DNA from: Octopus vulgaris
Lineage: Eukaryota
DNA: 64,000 bases
Direction: 5' to 3'
NCBI GenBank assembly: GCA_951406725.2
Contig: OX597822.1
Location: forward strand, 97,774,001-97,838,000
Shown here: positions 49,558 to 62,646 of the stretch, piece by piece
Layout: each line of letters starts with the position of its first letter
Position numbering within the stretch: position 1 is the first letter of the stretch
Translations under genes and position numbers: made by a program
The notes under the pieces: generated by a model
Databases searched by the model: none
What the model was told of the DNA's origin: nothing
What the model saw: the letters and a program-made list of their open reading frames with translations, nothing else

Positions 49558-49842
49558 AAACACCTAAAGCTCCACGAGGCTCTGGCAGGGGATGGTGGTG
49601 ATCCCTGCTGTACTCTTTCACCACAACTTTCTCTCGCTCTTTCTTCCTGTTTCTCTTGTACCTGTATTTCAAGGGGCCGGCCTTGTCACTCTCTGTGTCA
49701 CGCTGAATATCCCCGAGAACTATGTTAAGGGTACACGTGTCTGTGGAGTGCTCAGCCACTTACACGTTAATTTCACGAGCAGGCTGTTCCGTTGATTCGG
49801 ATCAACCGGAACCCTCATCGTCGTAACCGACGGAGTGCTTCC
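49558..49842 (+). mobile_element. 5'-truncated SINE family B
   Basis: Starts at AAACACCTAAAGCTCC; its junction is tandemly duplicated. Confidence 0.9.
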
Positions 49843-50581
49843 ACCATATATACGTTGGTATGTGTATTTTGGGGGATAAGAGAGAGAGAACGTATACGTA
49901 TATCAAGTGTGCTTCAGTAGGAAATGTAGTTTAAAAGGTTAGCTGACTAATTGTCTGTATTTCAAATTTTTCTTTTGAATCTGTTACGAGAAATTTTTCA
50001 TTGGTTCACAAAATGATATCCATGAGCTGTGCTTCACACAAACAGATGCACAAGCAATGCATAATTTTAAAAAAACCAGCTCAGCTTTCGTTTTATTAAT
50101 GTTTTAACCTGGCATAAAGCACTTCTGTATTCTTTTATTCTGCATAGCCAAAATGAAGTTTGCCAGAATAAAACCGTGAAATACATTAAGTATTTCGATG
50201 AGATAAAATACAATATATGAAAATGTGTTTTCAAGTTGTTTGTGATAGTCTGTTGTTTTTTGTTATCACTGTTTTTCGATTTGTTGTCATTTCACTAAGA
50301 GTTTTTGTTAAATGTTGCAATGCTGGCTGTTCAATATTAGATAGCTTGCGTTATATATTTTGTTGGTGTATCAATAGATTATAGCAAATAGTCTGCAGTT
50401 GTTGAACCGAGGCGACCCACAGTGACATTTAGTTTCCACACTCAAAATGTCATCATACAACTCCACCACTCTTAATAGTGATAATAATTTTCAAATTTTA
50501 CCACAAGGGAGAGTTCGGGAGAGGGGAAGACAGTTATTAGTCATAGAAGAGAACATTAAAGTCCCAGTAAGGAATGCATTG

Positions 50582-50982
50582 GGATCTTTTCCGTTTGAAC
50601 GGCAGTTTTTTCTAGCGGTGTCATATGAGATTGTCACCCATAATTATCGATCTATTGCATTTCAATCTGTTTTAGGGTTAGGGTTCGGTGGGAGGAAGGG
50701 TATATTTTTTCTTCACAAATGTAAATAAACCCAATCTGTTTCTTAAACGATGGACATATTCATACGGCACAGAATGTTTTTTTTACCTCAACAGACGTCA
50801 GTGATTGGTCGAAATTGCAGAAATTGAAGAAAAAGAAAACAAATATCTTACAAACTACAGAATTTTCTCAAAGCTAAGAGAAAAGGATGTTTTATAAACA
50901 CATTCTAACAGTATACGAAGTTTAAAATTTTTTAGTTACCTAGAAATTATGTTAAAAACTGCCGTTCAAACCGAAAAGATCC
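50582..50982. mobile_element. MITE, GGATCTTTTC family
   Basis: TIRs; 8-bp TSD ATGCATTG. Confidence 0.92.
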
Positions 50983-51144
50983 ATGCATTGTAACTGATCG
51001 AAAAAATTACAAAATTTTAAAGGCCAATTTTGGAGACAAAATAAACGCATTAGGGGTAGAAATTAAATATTATGAACATTTGCCACCCGTGGTGGATTTT
51101 GAAACATTGAAACCGCTGTAAACTTATTAGATAATTATTCAGTA

Positions 51145-51327
51145 AAATTAATTGTTATCGCCATATTAATATGGCATTCTTATAGATATAAGAATAAACG
51201 CTGCCGCTGATTAGCTCCATGAGGCCATCGCTATCTTGAGGCGATGGCCTCATGGAGCTAATCAGCGGCAGCGTTTATTCTTATATCTATAAGAATGCCA
51301 TATTAATATGGCGATAACAATTAATTT
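51145..51327. repeat. Perfect inverted repeat, 87-bp arms, 9-nt loop
   Basis: 51145-51231 is the reverse complement of 51241-51327. Confidence 0.95.
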
Positions 51328-52100
51328 CCAGTAACGCTGCCGTAATCTCTTTTATAGAGACTTAGTAATTTTAATATTTCTATTATTCAGTAAAAGTTTT
51401 ATTTAAAATAGATTTAAAAGGATACTACTCGAAAGTGGGGTCGAGTATTAGCCATTTTACATCTTCATTATATAATTTCATATCATTCATCCGACTATGT
51501 TTTTGTCCCCACTTGTGCTGTCATTCCTGTCCTTGTTCGTCCCCCCTCTATGTATGCTTTTTATAGGTAAATAAAGAGAAAAGTTCGGGAGAGGGCATAA
51601 GTCGATTACATCGACTCCACTCATCAGCTAGTACATATTTTATCGACCGCGAAAATATGAAAGGTATAGTCGATCTCGGCGGAATTTGAACTGGGAACGT
51701 AAAGACGGACAAAACACTGCAAAGTGTTTTGCCCAACGACGTGCTACCGATTCTGACTTTGTTCTAAATTTAGGCATAAAGCCAGCGATTTTGAGGGAAG
51801 TAGGTTAGTTGACCAAATCGACCCAGTTATTGGCTTGAACTTTATTCTACCAATCCTGGAGAGACGAAAGGCAATCTCATCTCAGACAGATATGAACTCA
51901 GAGCATAGAGAGCCGGAACAAATGTCTTAAGGCATTTGTCAGCTTTCACACTATTCTGTCAATTCATTACACCTCTAATTATTTCTAATTTAGGCATGAT
52001 GTAAGTTTGAGGTTTCTAATTTAAGTAAAGAGATAAAAATTTTGAGGGGAGATAGATGATCGATTACATCAATCCCAACACGTTACTGGTACTTTATTGA

Positions 52101-52485
52101 TGGAAGCACTCCGTCGGTTACGACGACGAGGGTTCCGGTTGATCCGAATCAACGGAACAGCCTGCTCGTGAAATTAACGTGTAAGTGGCTGAGCACTCCA
52201 CAGACACGTGCAACCTTAACGTAGTTCGCGGGGATATTCAGTGTGACACAGAGAGTGACAAGGCCGGCCCTTTGAAATACAGATACAACAGAAACAGGAA
52301 GTAAGAGTGAGAGAAAGTTGTGGTGAATGAGTACAGCAGGGATCACCACCATCCCTGCCGGAGCCTCGTGGAGCTTTTAGGTGTTTTCGCTCAATAAACA
52401 CTCACAACGCCCGGTCTGGGAATCGAAACCGCGATCCTATGACCGCGAGTCCGCTGCCCTAACCACTGGGCCATTGCGCCTCCAC
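52101..52485 (-). mobile_element. SINE family B inserted in an old SINE C
   Basis: TSD TTTATTGAT. Confidence 0.92.
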
Positions 52486-52945
52486 AATTTATTGATACCG
52501 GAGAGTTGAAAGTAAAGTTGGCCTCAATGAGATTTGAATAACATCAAAAATAAAAATAAGAAACCAAGCAAAAGTTAGTACTTGGTCACATTCTTGACAA
52601 ATCACTTAAAGAAAAAAAATATTGGATAATGTAGCACTGAATAGGTTGTCTGCAAATAAAATAGGAAAGTCATGGGTAGAACTCTTTCAGTCATAGGCCC
52701 GATTGACCAAAACGTGACATGGGGTGAAGCAATAACAAAATATTTTTATCAGTGACACGAGCTTCATTAAATTTGGAAAGCGAGTATGTAATCAGATTAC
52801 TAGCTCTCCTGAGTATTTATTTTATTCATTAATACCAAAGAGATGAGAAACAAAGTCAATTCTTGCGGGATTTGAAATCAGTTTCAGGAAAGACGAACAT
52901 AGATACAGCAAAATGGAATTTAATTCATTATTCTGCTTTTTCTCT

Positions 52946-53178
52946 AAGGCGACGAGCTGGCAGAAACGTTAGCACGCCGGGCGAAATGCGTAGCTGTATT
53001 TCGCCTGTCGTTACGTTCCGAGTTCAAATTCCGCCGAGGTAAACTTTGCCTTTCATCCTTTCGGGGTCGATAAATTAAGTACCAGTTACGCACTGGGGTC
53101 GATGAAATCGACTTAATCCCTTTGTCTGTCCTTGTTTGTTCCCTCTGTGTTTAGCCCCTTGTGGGTAGTAAAGAAATA
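52946..53178 (+). mobile_element. SINE family C
   Basis: Full copy; TSD-like TCTGCTTTTTCT on both sides. Confidence 0.9.
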
Positions 53179-53548
53179 TACTCTGCTTTTTCTGTTACTC
53201 TAGTGGTGTTAATACTTGGTACACCCATGGAAACTAGTGAAGAAGGATGTTGGTAATTATGTTAATAATGGTGTCAAGAAAAGGGACAAGACTGAAAATT
53301 GTTGGAAAGTGATTAGGCGATTAAAATGGCCTTAGTAAAGGGTGATGCACGAAAAAGTATCTCGGATTACGTAGCATAGTGTACAGAAATAAATTTACAA
53401 GTGCTTGAAACGACACAATTATAGACTTTGTGTGCACGTCTAACCATGTTTAAGTTCACCCGGCATGAAATAGTGACATCGATGGCGACGACCGCAAGCG
53501 TGATATTGTCTTTCAGTTCCTGTATTATGTACGGATTATTATTTTTCA

Positions 53549-53802
53549 ATCAACGGAACAGCCTGCTCGTGAAATTAACGTGTAAGTGGCTGAGCACTCC
53601 ACAGACACGTGCACCCTTAACGTAGTTCTCGGGAATATTCAGCGTGACACAGAGAGTGACAAGGCCGGCCCTTTGAAATACAGGTACAACAGAAACAGGA
53701 AGTAAGAGTAATAAACACTCACAACGCCCGGTCTGGGAATCGAAACCGCGATCCTACGACCGCGAGTCCGCTACCCTAACCACTGGGCCATTGCGCCTCC
53801 AC
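53549..53802 (-). mobile_element. SINE family B, internally deleted
   Basis: TSD ACGGATTATT. Confidence 0.88.
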
Positions 53803-54008
53803 AACGGATTATTTTTGTACACCGTGCTCTTCGAGCGGTAATAATCACACGTTGAAAGGTTAAGAGAACGTTGTCGCCATAAAGGTTTGCTAACTGTGCA
53901 TTACTTTGAGAAGATCCTATGAACTCGCTGCATGGCTACCAGAAAGGAGTGGCAAGTCGCTTCGTTCTGCGGGAAGAAGTACACCTATATTTCATCTTCA
54001 ATGATTTG

Positions 54009-54621
54009 GGATCTTTTCCTTTTGAACGGCAGACAATTACTAGTTAACTAAACACTTTAAAACTTCGTATACTGGTAGAATGTGTCAAAATAAAAACATT
54101 TTTTCTCTTGGCTTTCTTGAGAAAATTGTAATTTGTTTGTTTAACGTAGTTTAATTTTTCGAATTTTAACCAATCATATGCTCTCTTTTGAGCTAAAATC
54201 ATTTGCTGCGTCTAAAACTGAGACAACATCCTGTAACTAACCCTAAACCTCCCCACTAACACTAACCCTAATTTTTTTTTCTTAATTGTTAAATTAATCT
54301 AATTGTTACGCGTGTAAAAAAAACTAAAGCAATGGAATTAAATTAATTTAACAACTAAGAAGAAAAAAGTTAGGGTTAGTTACAGGATGTTGTCTCAGTT
54401 TTAGACGCAGCAAATGATTTTAGTTGAATGGAGGTAATCGATTGGTTAAAATTGCCGAAATGCTCGGATTTTCATTCGAAATATCTTACAAACTATAGAA
54501 TTTTCTCAATAAAACCAAGAGAAAAACATGTTTTATAAACACATTCTACCAGTATACGAAGTTTAAAAGTGTTTAGTTAACTAGAAATTGTTGACATCTG
54601 CCGTTCAAAAGGAAAAGATCC
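54009..54621. mobile_element. Fold-back MITE related to 36304-37096
   Basis: TIR GGATCTTTTCCTTTTGAACGGCAGA; 8-bp TSD ATGATTTG. Confidence 0.92.
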
Positions 54622-55410
54622 ATGATTTGAGTACAACATTGATCCAAAATGTTAATGTAGACCTCCGTGTTGACAGTACTGCCAAAAAATACCGGTCCAG
54701 TGATACATGTCCCTGAAACAGTACATCTTATGGCATGGCTGCTAGTATACAAGGTGAGGATTCTCCAGCTCTCAGTACCGCCAGTGTTGTGAATTTACGT
54801 GGCCGGAGAGATGAAACTATTCGTTATCACTGATTATGTATTGGAATAGGTGTAGCTCACCATTAGCAAAGCTAATCGGAAGCCATGTGCAATAATTTAC
54901 TCGTTTGTTCTTGTCATTCACTTTTAATTGCTGTACACATGTGGAATGATATGGATTCAACTTCAGACGTTCCAACACCCGTTGACCTCACCTCATGCTT
55001 ATGTGACACTGCTGCGCCAGTTTGCGTGTTGTCTTTGGACTTCGATTAATCCTTTGGCGAATGTTTTGAGTAACTTCCAGCGTTCGAACTGTAGGATCTC
55101 TTTGTTTTGTGGCGTCGTGCACTGACCCCCGTAGAGCGTCACTTCTTAACCAACACTTACATCGTTCTCTTTGCCAGTAAGCCTTTGTCCAGAAACTTGA
55201 CTTCAAACATTTCACGCATTTGCTTAGCAGAACCCGTTCTCACATACGCTTTCACTATCTCCACTCTTTCCGCTATAGAATACGTCATCTTGCAGCAAAG
55301 GCTAGATATGTTCACTCAACGCAATCTTATCCTCAACAAATGTGGTAGCATGCGGTGAGGATAACGTAGTAAGCAGTCGACTAGTGCGCCATCTTTGTTC
55401 AGCAGTTACA

Positions 55411-55416
55411 AGCGCG

Positions 55417-55492
<76 letters not shown>
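55411..55492. repeat. (GC)n(CA)n alternating purine-pyrimidine tract
   Basis: Direct reading. Confidence 0.95.
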
Positions 55493-55495
<3 letters not shown>

Positions 55496-55836
55496 TGGAT
55501 AGGTAGCGCAGTGAGGCCGAATTTTAAGAAGTTCACTTTGTAACTACGAGATTCCGAATTCAATCCCACTTGTATATTAATTCAGGAGCAGGTAATTCAT
55601 TTGATCGAAGAATTCAATCCTCATTGTCAAACGACAGAGAATAGATAGACTATTTTGTCAGCATGTAGCCATCAATGCGGTATCGAGCACTCATTTTTAC
55701 TGTTCGATACAAGTGCGCTCGCACACACACACATAGAGATTCAAGTAGTTGATCGTTTATGTATATAAAAGACAAAAAAAAATTAGATTTGGTAATTGCC
55801 ATTTATTTTCTACTAACACTTCAGCATTACTTTAAA

Positions 55837-56105
55837 TTTAATTTGTCAAAATATTTCGTCGCTTTGAAACCGCGACCTGTTCACTGATAAAACTTTGTGC
55901 TGCATCTCACGAAGTTTTATCAGTGAACAGGTCGCGGTCTCAAAGCGACGAAAATATTTTGACAAATTAAATTTAAATGTTGAAGTGAATCTAATAGTTT
56001 TGTGTGTTTCTTAAATGGCTTATAAACACCTTCCACGCTGCAATTGCTTTCGTTCCAGCACACGATCTCAGATCAAGTCACTCGCTATGCAAGTACATCT
56101 CCGTA
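55837..56105 (+). mobile_element. Short TSD-flanked element with a terminal fold-back and hammerhead-like motifs (G3:C8 core)
   Basis: 11-bp TSD ATTACTTTAAA (55826-55836, 56106-56116); hairpin 55831-55977; TCA-GTGAACA-G-GTCGC-loop-GCGAC-GAAA-ATATTT-TGA. Confidence 0.65.
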
Positions 56106-57479
56106 ATTACTTTAAAGTTTTTCGGGAAAAGTTTACTTTTAAATATTGGTTTCAGATGTTGGTTCAAGGTCAGCAGTTTCGGAGAGATGGGTAAGAGGAT
56201 TACATCGACACCTGTAATTAACCTGTACTTATTTTATCAACCCCGAAAGGAAGAAAGGCACAGTCGACCTCAGCGGAATTTGAACTCGGAACGTAAAGGC
56301 AGAGGAAATGCCGCCAAGAGTTTACATTTAAATATTAAAAGACTATATTAACAAATCATTGGCAAACTATAGAACAAAATATATCTACCAAAACAATAAG
56401 TTATTGATACACTTACATGAAAGATATTTTTGAATACCAAATTTGTTGCAAACTCTAAATCGAATTCTGAACTCACTGAAACGATACACAGGGAATAGTC
56501 ATTTTAGTAAGAAATTTCAAGAGAAATTCATGAAAAAAGCCATTGGCTGTTTAGCAAATACCACAGAGAGAAAGACGTTTGTTTTATATTTTCTTTCTTA
56601 TTTCTGTTAGTTCTTTTAGCTATTGAGTTGGTAATGGTTTTCTTGATTTTTGTCATTCAAACAAATATCTCTTCGACTTCTGAAGTTTGCACTTTGATAG
56701 GTTTCATTAAACTTTATTCAACCAATGAAACAATAAATGGAAACTTTATTGTTTGTTATTTGACGTCAAATAAATTTTTTGTTTTCCGACGTTTTAATTC
56801 TCTACAGAATACTAATATTTAAATTACAAAATAAAATCACTCAATCACTATCTATCCATCCATACATACACAAACATACACACATATGTGCGTACAATAT
56901 ATATACATCAAGCAGATGTATATACATAAGGATATATATATATATACAGACACACACTTCTTTTGTAGCTATCTATATGAAAGAACACTTTGAACGTTTA
57001 GCTGATAGTGTCATTCATATTTTTTATAAGCGAATAAACTCGACCGTTGCAACCAGCAAATATTTGTATCCTACTCATTTCTTTCAATATAGTAAAGTAG
57101 CAGGATGGGCGAAGTTTATCATGACATCACTAATCGTGAGCTCGAATCTATAGCATGCCCCTCTATGCAGTTCAGGATATCGCGGTATCCACTGATGAAA
57201 CTGACAAGTTATACTATTTGACAAATAGCATATGGGTCATAGGTTTAATTCTCTTGCAATCTTGTTGTCTCAAGGAAATCAACGTCTTTTACTACCACTA
57301 TATGTCTTAGTGCCTTGTTTAGAGTACAAACCGCTCCCGTGTGAGCAAGCTAATAATCACTGGTGTTCCAAACGTGGCCACCTTATTTTTTTTTAGGGCT
57401 TCCTATGCTATGTAGCCTTCCATTTCTTCATTAGGGCCAGAAGTTATTTCGACCAATAACAGCTGCTGAACACTTTACA

Positions 57480-58575
57480 AGGCTCAAGTGATGCTCACAA
57501 TGGGAGATTACGCCCACATCTGGGACGGTGTGGCTGGTATCCACACTGACATCTTGGACCACGTCCAAGAGAAGAGCCAGCCACTGGATTGATTAACATT
57601 CAATCACAGAAGGACACACTCCACCTTTTGGATCACTGATGTTCTATTTCCTCTTTCTCCCCTCTCTCTCTTCTACAATGGTCTGGCCTCGTCATTTCGC
57701 CACTCATGCTTCTCCGGCCCACTCGTCTTTCTTGCTCTCATCATCTTATAACATGCAATCCAGCTTTTTCCAAAATATTCACTACCCATAGAATATTTAT
57801 CTTCTGGAATATTCTCTCAATTCGAGTCTTTGCTGCTATTGGTGCCGTACAACAGTTTAAACAGAATATTAACAACATCAAGTTTTCCGGTCTCAGAAGT
57901 ATGTCCCTTTGGCCTCAGCAAGTAAAAATATAGGAGACGGAAGGGCTTTCGTGGCTTGTGGTAAGAACATATCTTCTTGCCCCCCACTTGGTTTACTAAA
58001 AGCATCAGAGGTTATGGACGACGTATTGGATCTACCAAGTATAAGAGCCATTCTCCAAACAGAATCTCACACAGATGTTTCGGTCTGATAAATAACACGC
58101 ATAAGGCATTGACTTGGGCAATGGGGTCGAACCCCTAGGCATGCACTTGCGAAGCAAACGTTTTAAGTACTTAATCACAGCTAAGCCTATAGTGGTAGAG
58201 GACGGAAAACAAAAGATTGAATTTGTTGGCTTATCAGGTGTCGAGATGAAAATGAAGTACCGTAACGTCTAGTAAAGTTACCAGTGGTAGTTTGGCATCC
58301 TATCCTAGGAGATTTCCACTTCATCCAATGGCTTACATTACAGTAGTGGATTTACTAGACGCCTACTCTAGTGTGATATTCACTAGTAGGCTATCGCTTA
58401 AGAGAATTTTAGTGCTGTTGCACTTGACATCAGTAACGCATTCGATCGTATCTGGCTCGTGAATTTTCCTGTAAAACTGTCCGCCTATGGGTTATATCCC
58501 TTTATATCCTATGGGTTATTTCATCTGTTGAATTGGTAGCTTGTCATGTAGAACACTATCAACTCTGGTGTGCTC
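57480..58575 (+). mobile_element. Highly degraded LINE RT fragments
   Basis: AVALDISNAFDRIW near 58410-58460; DYAHIWDG...LDHVQEKS near 57505-57575. Confidence 0.55.
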
Positions 58576-58627
58576 TACGGTTTTGTTTTGTTCACAAATC
58601 TTTTCTTCTTTTCTTCAACAACGCATA

Positions 58628-59051
58628 GGCGCAGGAGTGGCTGTGTGGTAAGTAGCTTGTTTACCAGCCACATGGTTCCGGGTTCAGTACCACTGCGTGG
58701 CACCTTGGGCAAGTGTCTTCTACTATAGCCTTGGGCCGACCAAAGCCTTGTGAGTGGATTTGATAGATGGAAACTGAAAGAAGCATGTCGTATATATGTA
58801 AATATATATATGCGTGCGTGTGTCTGTGTGTCTGTGTTTGTTCCCCTAGCATTGCTTGACAACCGATGCTGGTGTGTTTATGTCCCCGTTACTTAGCGGT
58901 TCGGCAAAAGAGAGCGATAGAATAAGTACTGGGCTTACAAAAGAATAAGTCCCGGGGTCGATTTGCTCGATTAAAAGGCGGTGATCCAGCATGGCCGCAG
59001 TCAAATGACTGAAACAAGTAAAAGAGTAAAAGAGAGTAAACGAGTAAGAGT
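58628..59051 (+). mobile_element. SINE family A, full length
   Basis: Near-identical to 3988-4415. Confidence 0.92.
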
Positions 59052-59882
59052 AACGCAAATACGGTCTCCACTAACAGCATCCACTTTCTCAGAATGTCGG
59101 TGCCCTGGGATTTTATCCTTGCTCCTTCCTGTTACTATCAACTTACAACTGTTCAAGAGAAACAGTAATCCTGCCAACCTCTCTGATTTTGGATTGTCTT
59201 GGGGGAGTGAGTAGGTCTCAGGGTGCCATCGAATGTTATGGGTACAACCTTATTCCCCAAATAAAACCAAAAATTAAATAAATAAATTAACATTACAGAA
59301 ACTGAAATTGAGCATTGGCCCACGGATACTAAGCTTTTATTGAAAACCTTTTCAGTTTGAAACAATATAATAGAAATAGTCTACATAGTACCAACTGAGA
59401 AAAAAGTACAAGGTTTTCTGGGAAGCATTAAATTGAATCACAACGCTAAGAAAAAAATTAAGCATCAGATTTTGGTTTTCATGAATGGTGGGAAAAGTAC
59501 AGCTATCTATCATTTGCAAATATGGCTTCGCAGGGTGTTGTACTTTCGATAAACATTTCAAGTGTCTATATTGTCGGAAGATAGACATAGTCTCCCTGTC
59601 GGCTTTCTTATACTTGACTAAGTGGAACAGCTAGAGTGAGAGAGGACTGCATCAGCACCCAACTGGTATTCATTAAAGCTGAGTAGACTGAAGAAACGTG
59701 AAATTAGGTGTGTCTTAATTTAAAGACAAAGCGTCGCCTCCGCTAGGAGACAATCTTCCGAATTTATGATCATAAACCGAACACCCTAAACACATCTTCA
59801 CTGAGTGGTGTAACTCTGTTTCCAGCAACAAAATATGACCTTATTACCTTCGAAATTATTCGTAAAGTTTTGAACATCCTTT

Positions 59883-60300
59883 GGATCTTTTCGGTTTGAA
59901 CGGCAGTTTTTTCTAGCGGTGTCATATGAAATTGTCACCCATAATTATGACCCTAGTATCGATCTATTGCATTTCAATCTGTGTTAGGACTAGATAGGGT
60001 GAGGGGAAGGGCTTCTTTTTTTCTTCACAAATCTAAATAAACCCAATCTGTTTCTTAAACGAGGGACATATTCATACGGCATATACTGTTTTTTTTTACC
60101 TCAATAGACGTATTTGATTGGTTGAAATTGCAGAAATTGAAGAAAAAACAACAACAAATATCTTACGAACTATAGAATTTTCTCAATAAAGCCAAGAGAA
60201 AAGGATGTTTTATAAACACATTCTACCAGTATACGAAGTTTAACATTTTTTAGTTACCTAGAAATTATGTTAAAAACTGCCGTTCAAACCGAAAAGATCC
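59883..60300. mobile_element. MITE, GGATCTTTTC family
   Basis: TIRs; TSD (C/T)ATCCTTT. Confidence 0.92.
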
Positions 60301-60689
60301 TATCCTTTTTTTTAGAGTTATTCACCAATAGTGGTCACTTTATCTCTAAGTTTGTTATATCTATCCAAGAGAGCTAGAAGACAGGACTAAATTTATTGTG
60401 GTAGCGAGTAACAACTCTTTATAACCTCAGTCAATATCAAGTGTTCATAGTTTAATGATGATAAAATATATTCCAGTCAAGTTGTTCCAATATTGCTGTT
60501 CCAATATTATTTTTCTGCTAAATCTATGATCTTCATTACGAGCATTTCTCCGGTTATGTCACCGAAGGAAAGGTGAATGAAGTTTGTAAACTTAGATGGA
60601 CATTCCATGTTCTAAAACTTCTCATAAAACTTCTCGTTTTACCGCATCCAAAGTTTTCGTCAGGTCAATGAATACTTAGGACTTCATGT

Positions 60690-61075
60690 GTGAAGGCGCA
60701 ATGGCCCAGTGGTTAGGGCAGCGGACTCGCGGTCATAGGATCGCGGTTTCGATTCCCAGACCGGGCGTTGTGAGTGCTTATTGAGCGAAAACACCTAAAA
60801 GCTCCACGACGCTCTGGCAGGGGGGGGGGGGTGATCCCTGCTGTACTCTTTCACCACAACTTTCTCTCACTCTTACTTCCTGTTTCTCTTGTAGCTGTAT
60901 TTCAAAGGGCCGGCCTTGTCACTCTCTGTGTCACGCTGAATATCCCCGAGAACTACGTTAAGGGTGCACGTGTCTGTGGAGTGCTCAGCCACTTACACGT
61001 TAATTTCACGAGCAGGCTGTTTCGTTGATTCGGATCAACCGGAACCCTCATCGTCGTAACCGACGGAGTGCTTCC
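60690..61075 (+). mobile_element. SINE family B
   Basis: Full copy; TSD AGGACTTCATGT. Confidence 0.92.
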
Positions 61076-61480
61076 AAGGACTTCATGTTTCGCCTTAGAT
61101 ATTTCTCTTGCATCTATTTCACATTAAAAATCAAACTAGAACCGGGTGCAGGAATGGTTATGTGATTGCTTCGCAAGCACTTAGTTTCAAATTCAAGTCC
61201 ATTGTGCGACCACTTGGGTACTTAGGGATATGTTTTCTATGATGGTCGTGAATCGGTCAAAGGTATATGACTAATATTTGGTTGATAGAAACTGTGGGTG
61301 TCTGTCTGGGAGACCATACTTGTTCATAGAAGAAAGAATAAGGGCACACAGTTCAACACTTCCATTCGGCTGTTTTTGGCAAAACCCATTCTCTTACAAA
61401 TATTAGAGTTAATCTTTGATCTGAGAGAAACTTTTGTCTTTCTCTCACCAGTCTCAGAGATACCAAAATGGTCAATATTT

Positions 61481-61710
61481 ATTTCTTCACTGCCCACAAG
61501 GGGCTAAACACAGAGAGGACAAACAAGGACAGACATAGGTATTAAGTCGATTACATCGACCCCAGTGCGTAACTGGTACTTATTTAATCGACCCCGAAAG
61601 GATGAAAGGCAAAGTCGACCTCGGCGGAATTTGAACTCAGAACGTAGCGGCAGATGAAATACCGCTAAGCATTTCGCCCGGCGAGCTAACGATTCTGCCA
61701 ACTTGCTGCT
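61481..61710 (-). mobile_element. SINE family C
   Basis: TSD TGGTCAATATT. Confidence 0.9.
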
Positions 61711-61950
61711 TGGTCAATATTGCTTCCCCACTCCTCTCACTGAGCCATTAAAAAAATCTATCATGCTATGTAAGTCGTGCAGTTATTTTCAATTCTTGTT
61801 TTGTTTGTTCACAATGATTTCCATTATATTTTATTCCAATATATTCATTCGAACACTGTTATACAAACATTGATGACAATATTTGTTACCTCGCTTTGTC
61901 TCTCAGCGAATGCGTCATCAGCGCTGGTACTTCGTCCAAAATTTATTTTC

Positions 61951-62366
61951 GGATCTTTTCGGTTTGAACGGCAGTTTTTTCTAGCGGTGTCATATGAAAT
62001 TGTTACCCATAATTATGACCCTAGTATCGATCTATTGCATTTCAATCTGTTTTAGGGTTAGGGTTAGGGGTGAGGGGAAGGGTATCTTTTTTTCTTCAGA
62101 AATGTAAATAAACCCAATCTGTTTCTTAAACGTGGGACATATTCATACGGCACAGAATGTTTTCACCTCAGTAGAGGTCATTGATTGGTTGAAATGGCAG
62201 AAATTGAAAAAAAAACAAAACAACAAATATCTTACCAACTATAGAATTTTCTCAAAGCCAAGAGAAAAGGATGTTTTATAAACACATTCTACCAGTATAC
62301 GAAGTTTAAAAATTTTTAGTTACCTAGAAATTATGTTAAAAACTGCCGTTCAAACCGAAAAGATCC
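61951..62366. mobile_element. MITE, GGATCTTTTC family
   Basis: TIRs; 8-bp TSD TTATTTTC. Confidence 0.92.
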
Positions 62367-62646
62367 TTATTTTCTTTAAAAGGAGAGTTTTCTTTTTTGA
62401 GGGACAAAGATAGCGGGTTAAACTTTGAATAATTAGTTACTAAAATTCTCACCAATTTGCAATGCTCTTGCTGCTTATAATAGCGTAACATAAGCTAGTT
62501 GTACTTACTTGGAATTAAGTAGAGTGAGTATCTGAGAGCAGAACGGCTTAGAGATACCCTGCGATGAGATAAGGGTACATATCATCCACCTCTCAGTTGT
62601 TTTTTTACTCTATTGACATAGATATTTAATTTGAAGTTCGAATCTT

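Larger units (their letters stand above)
53338..55330 (-). mobile_element. Degraded Tc1/mariner-superfamily transposon with a nested SINE B and MITE
   Basis: N-terminus MTYSIAERVEIVKAY..., NIRQRINRSPKTTRKLAQQ HTH, C-terminus NNPYIIQELKDNI. Confidence 0.72.

Noticed and set aside
1914-58862. Recurrent ORFs MSSNARGTNTD... and MLGGQTQTH...
   Set aside because: Antisense translations of SINE family A
4645-61028. Recurrent 67-aa ORF MVVIPAVLFHHNFLSLLLP... resembling a multigene family
   Set aside because: It lies inside SINE family B copies that have TSDs and a tRNA-like head
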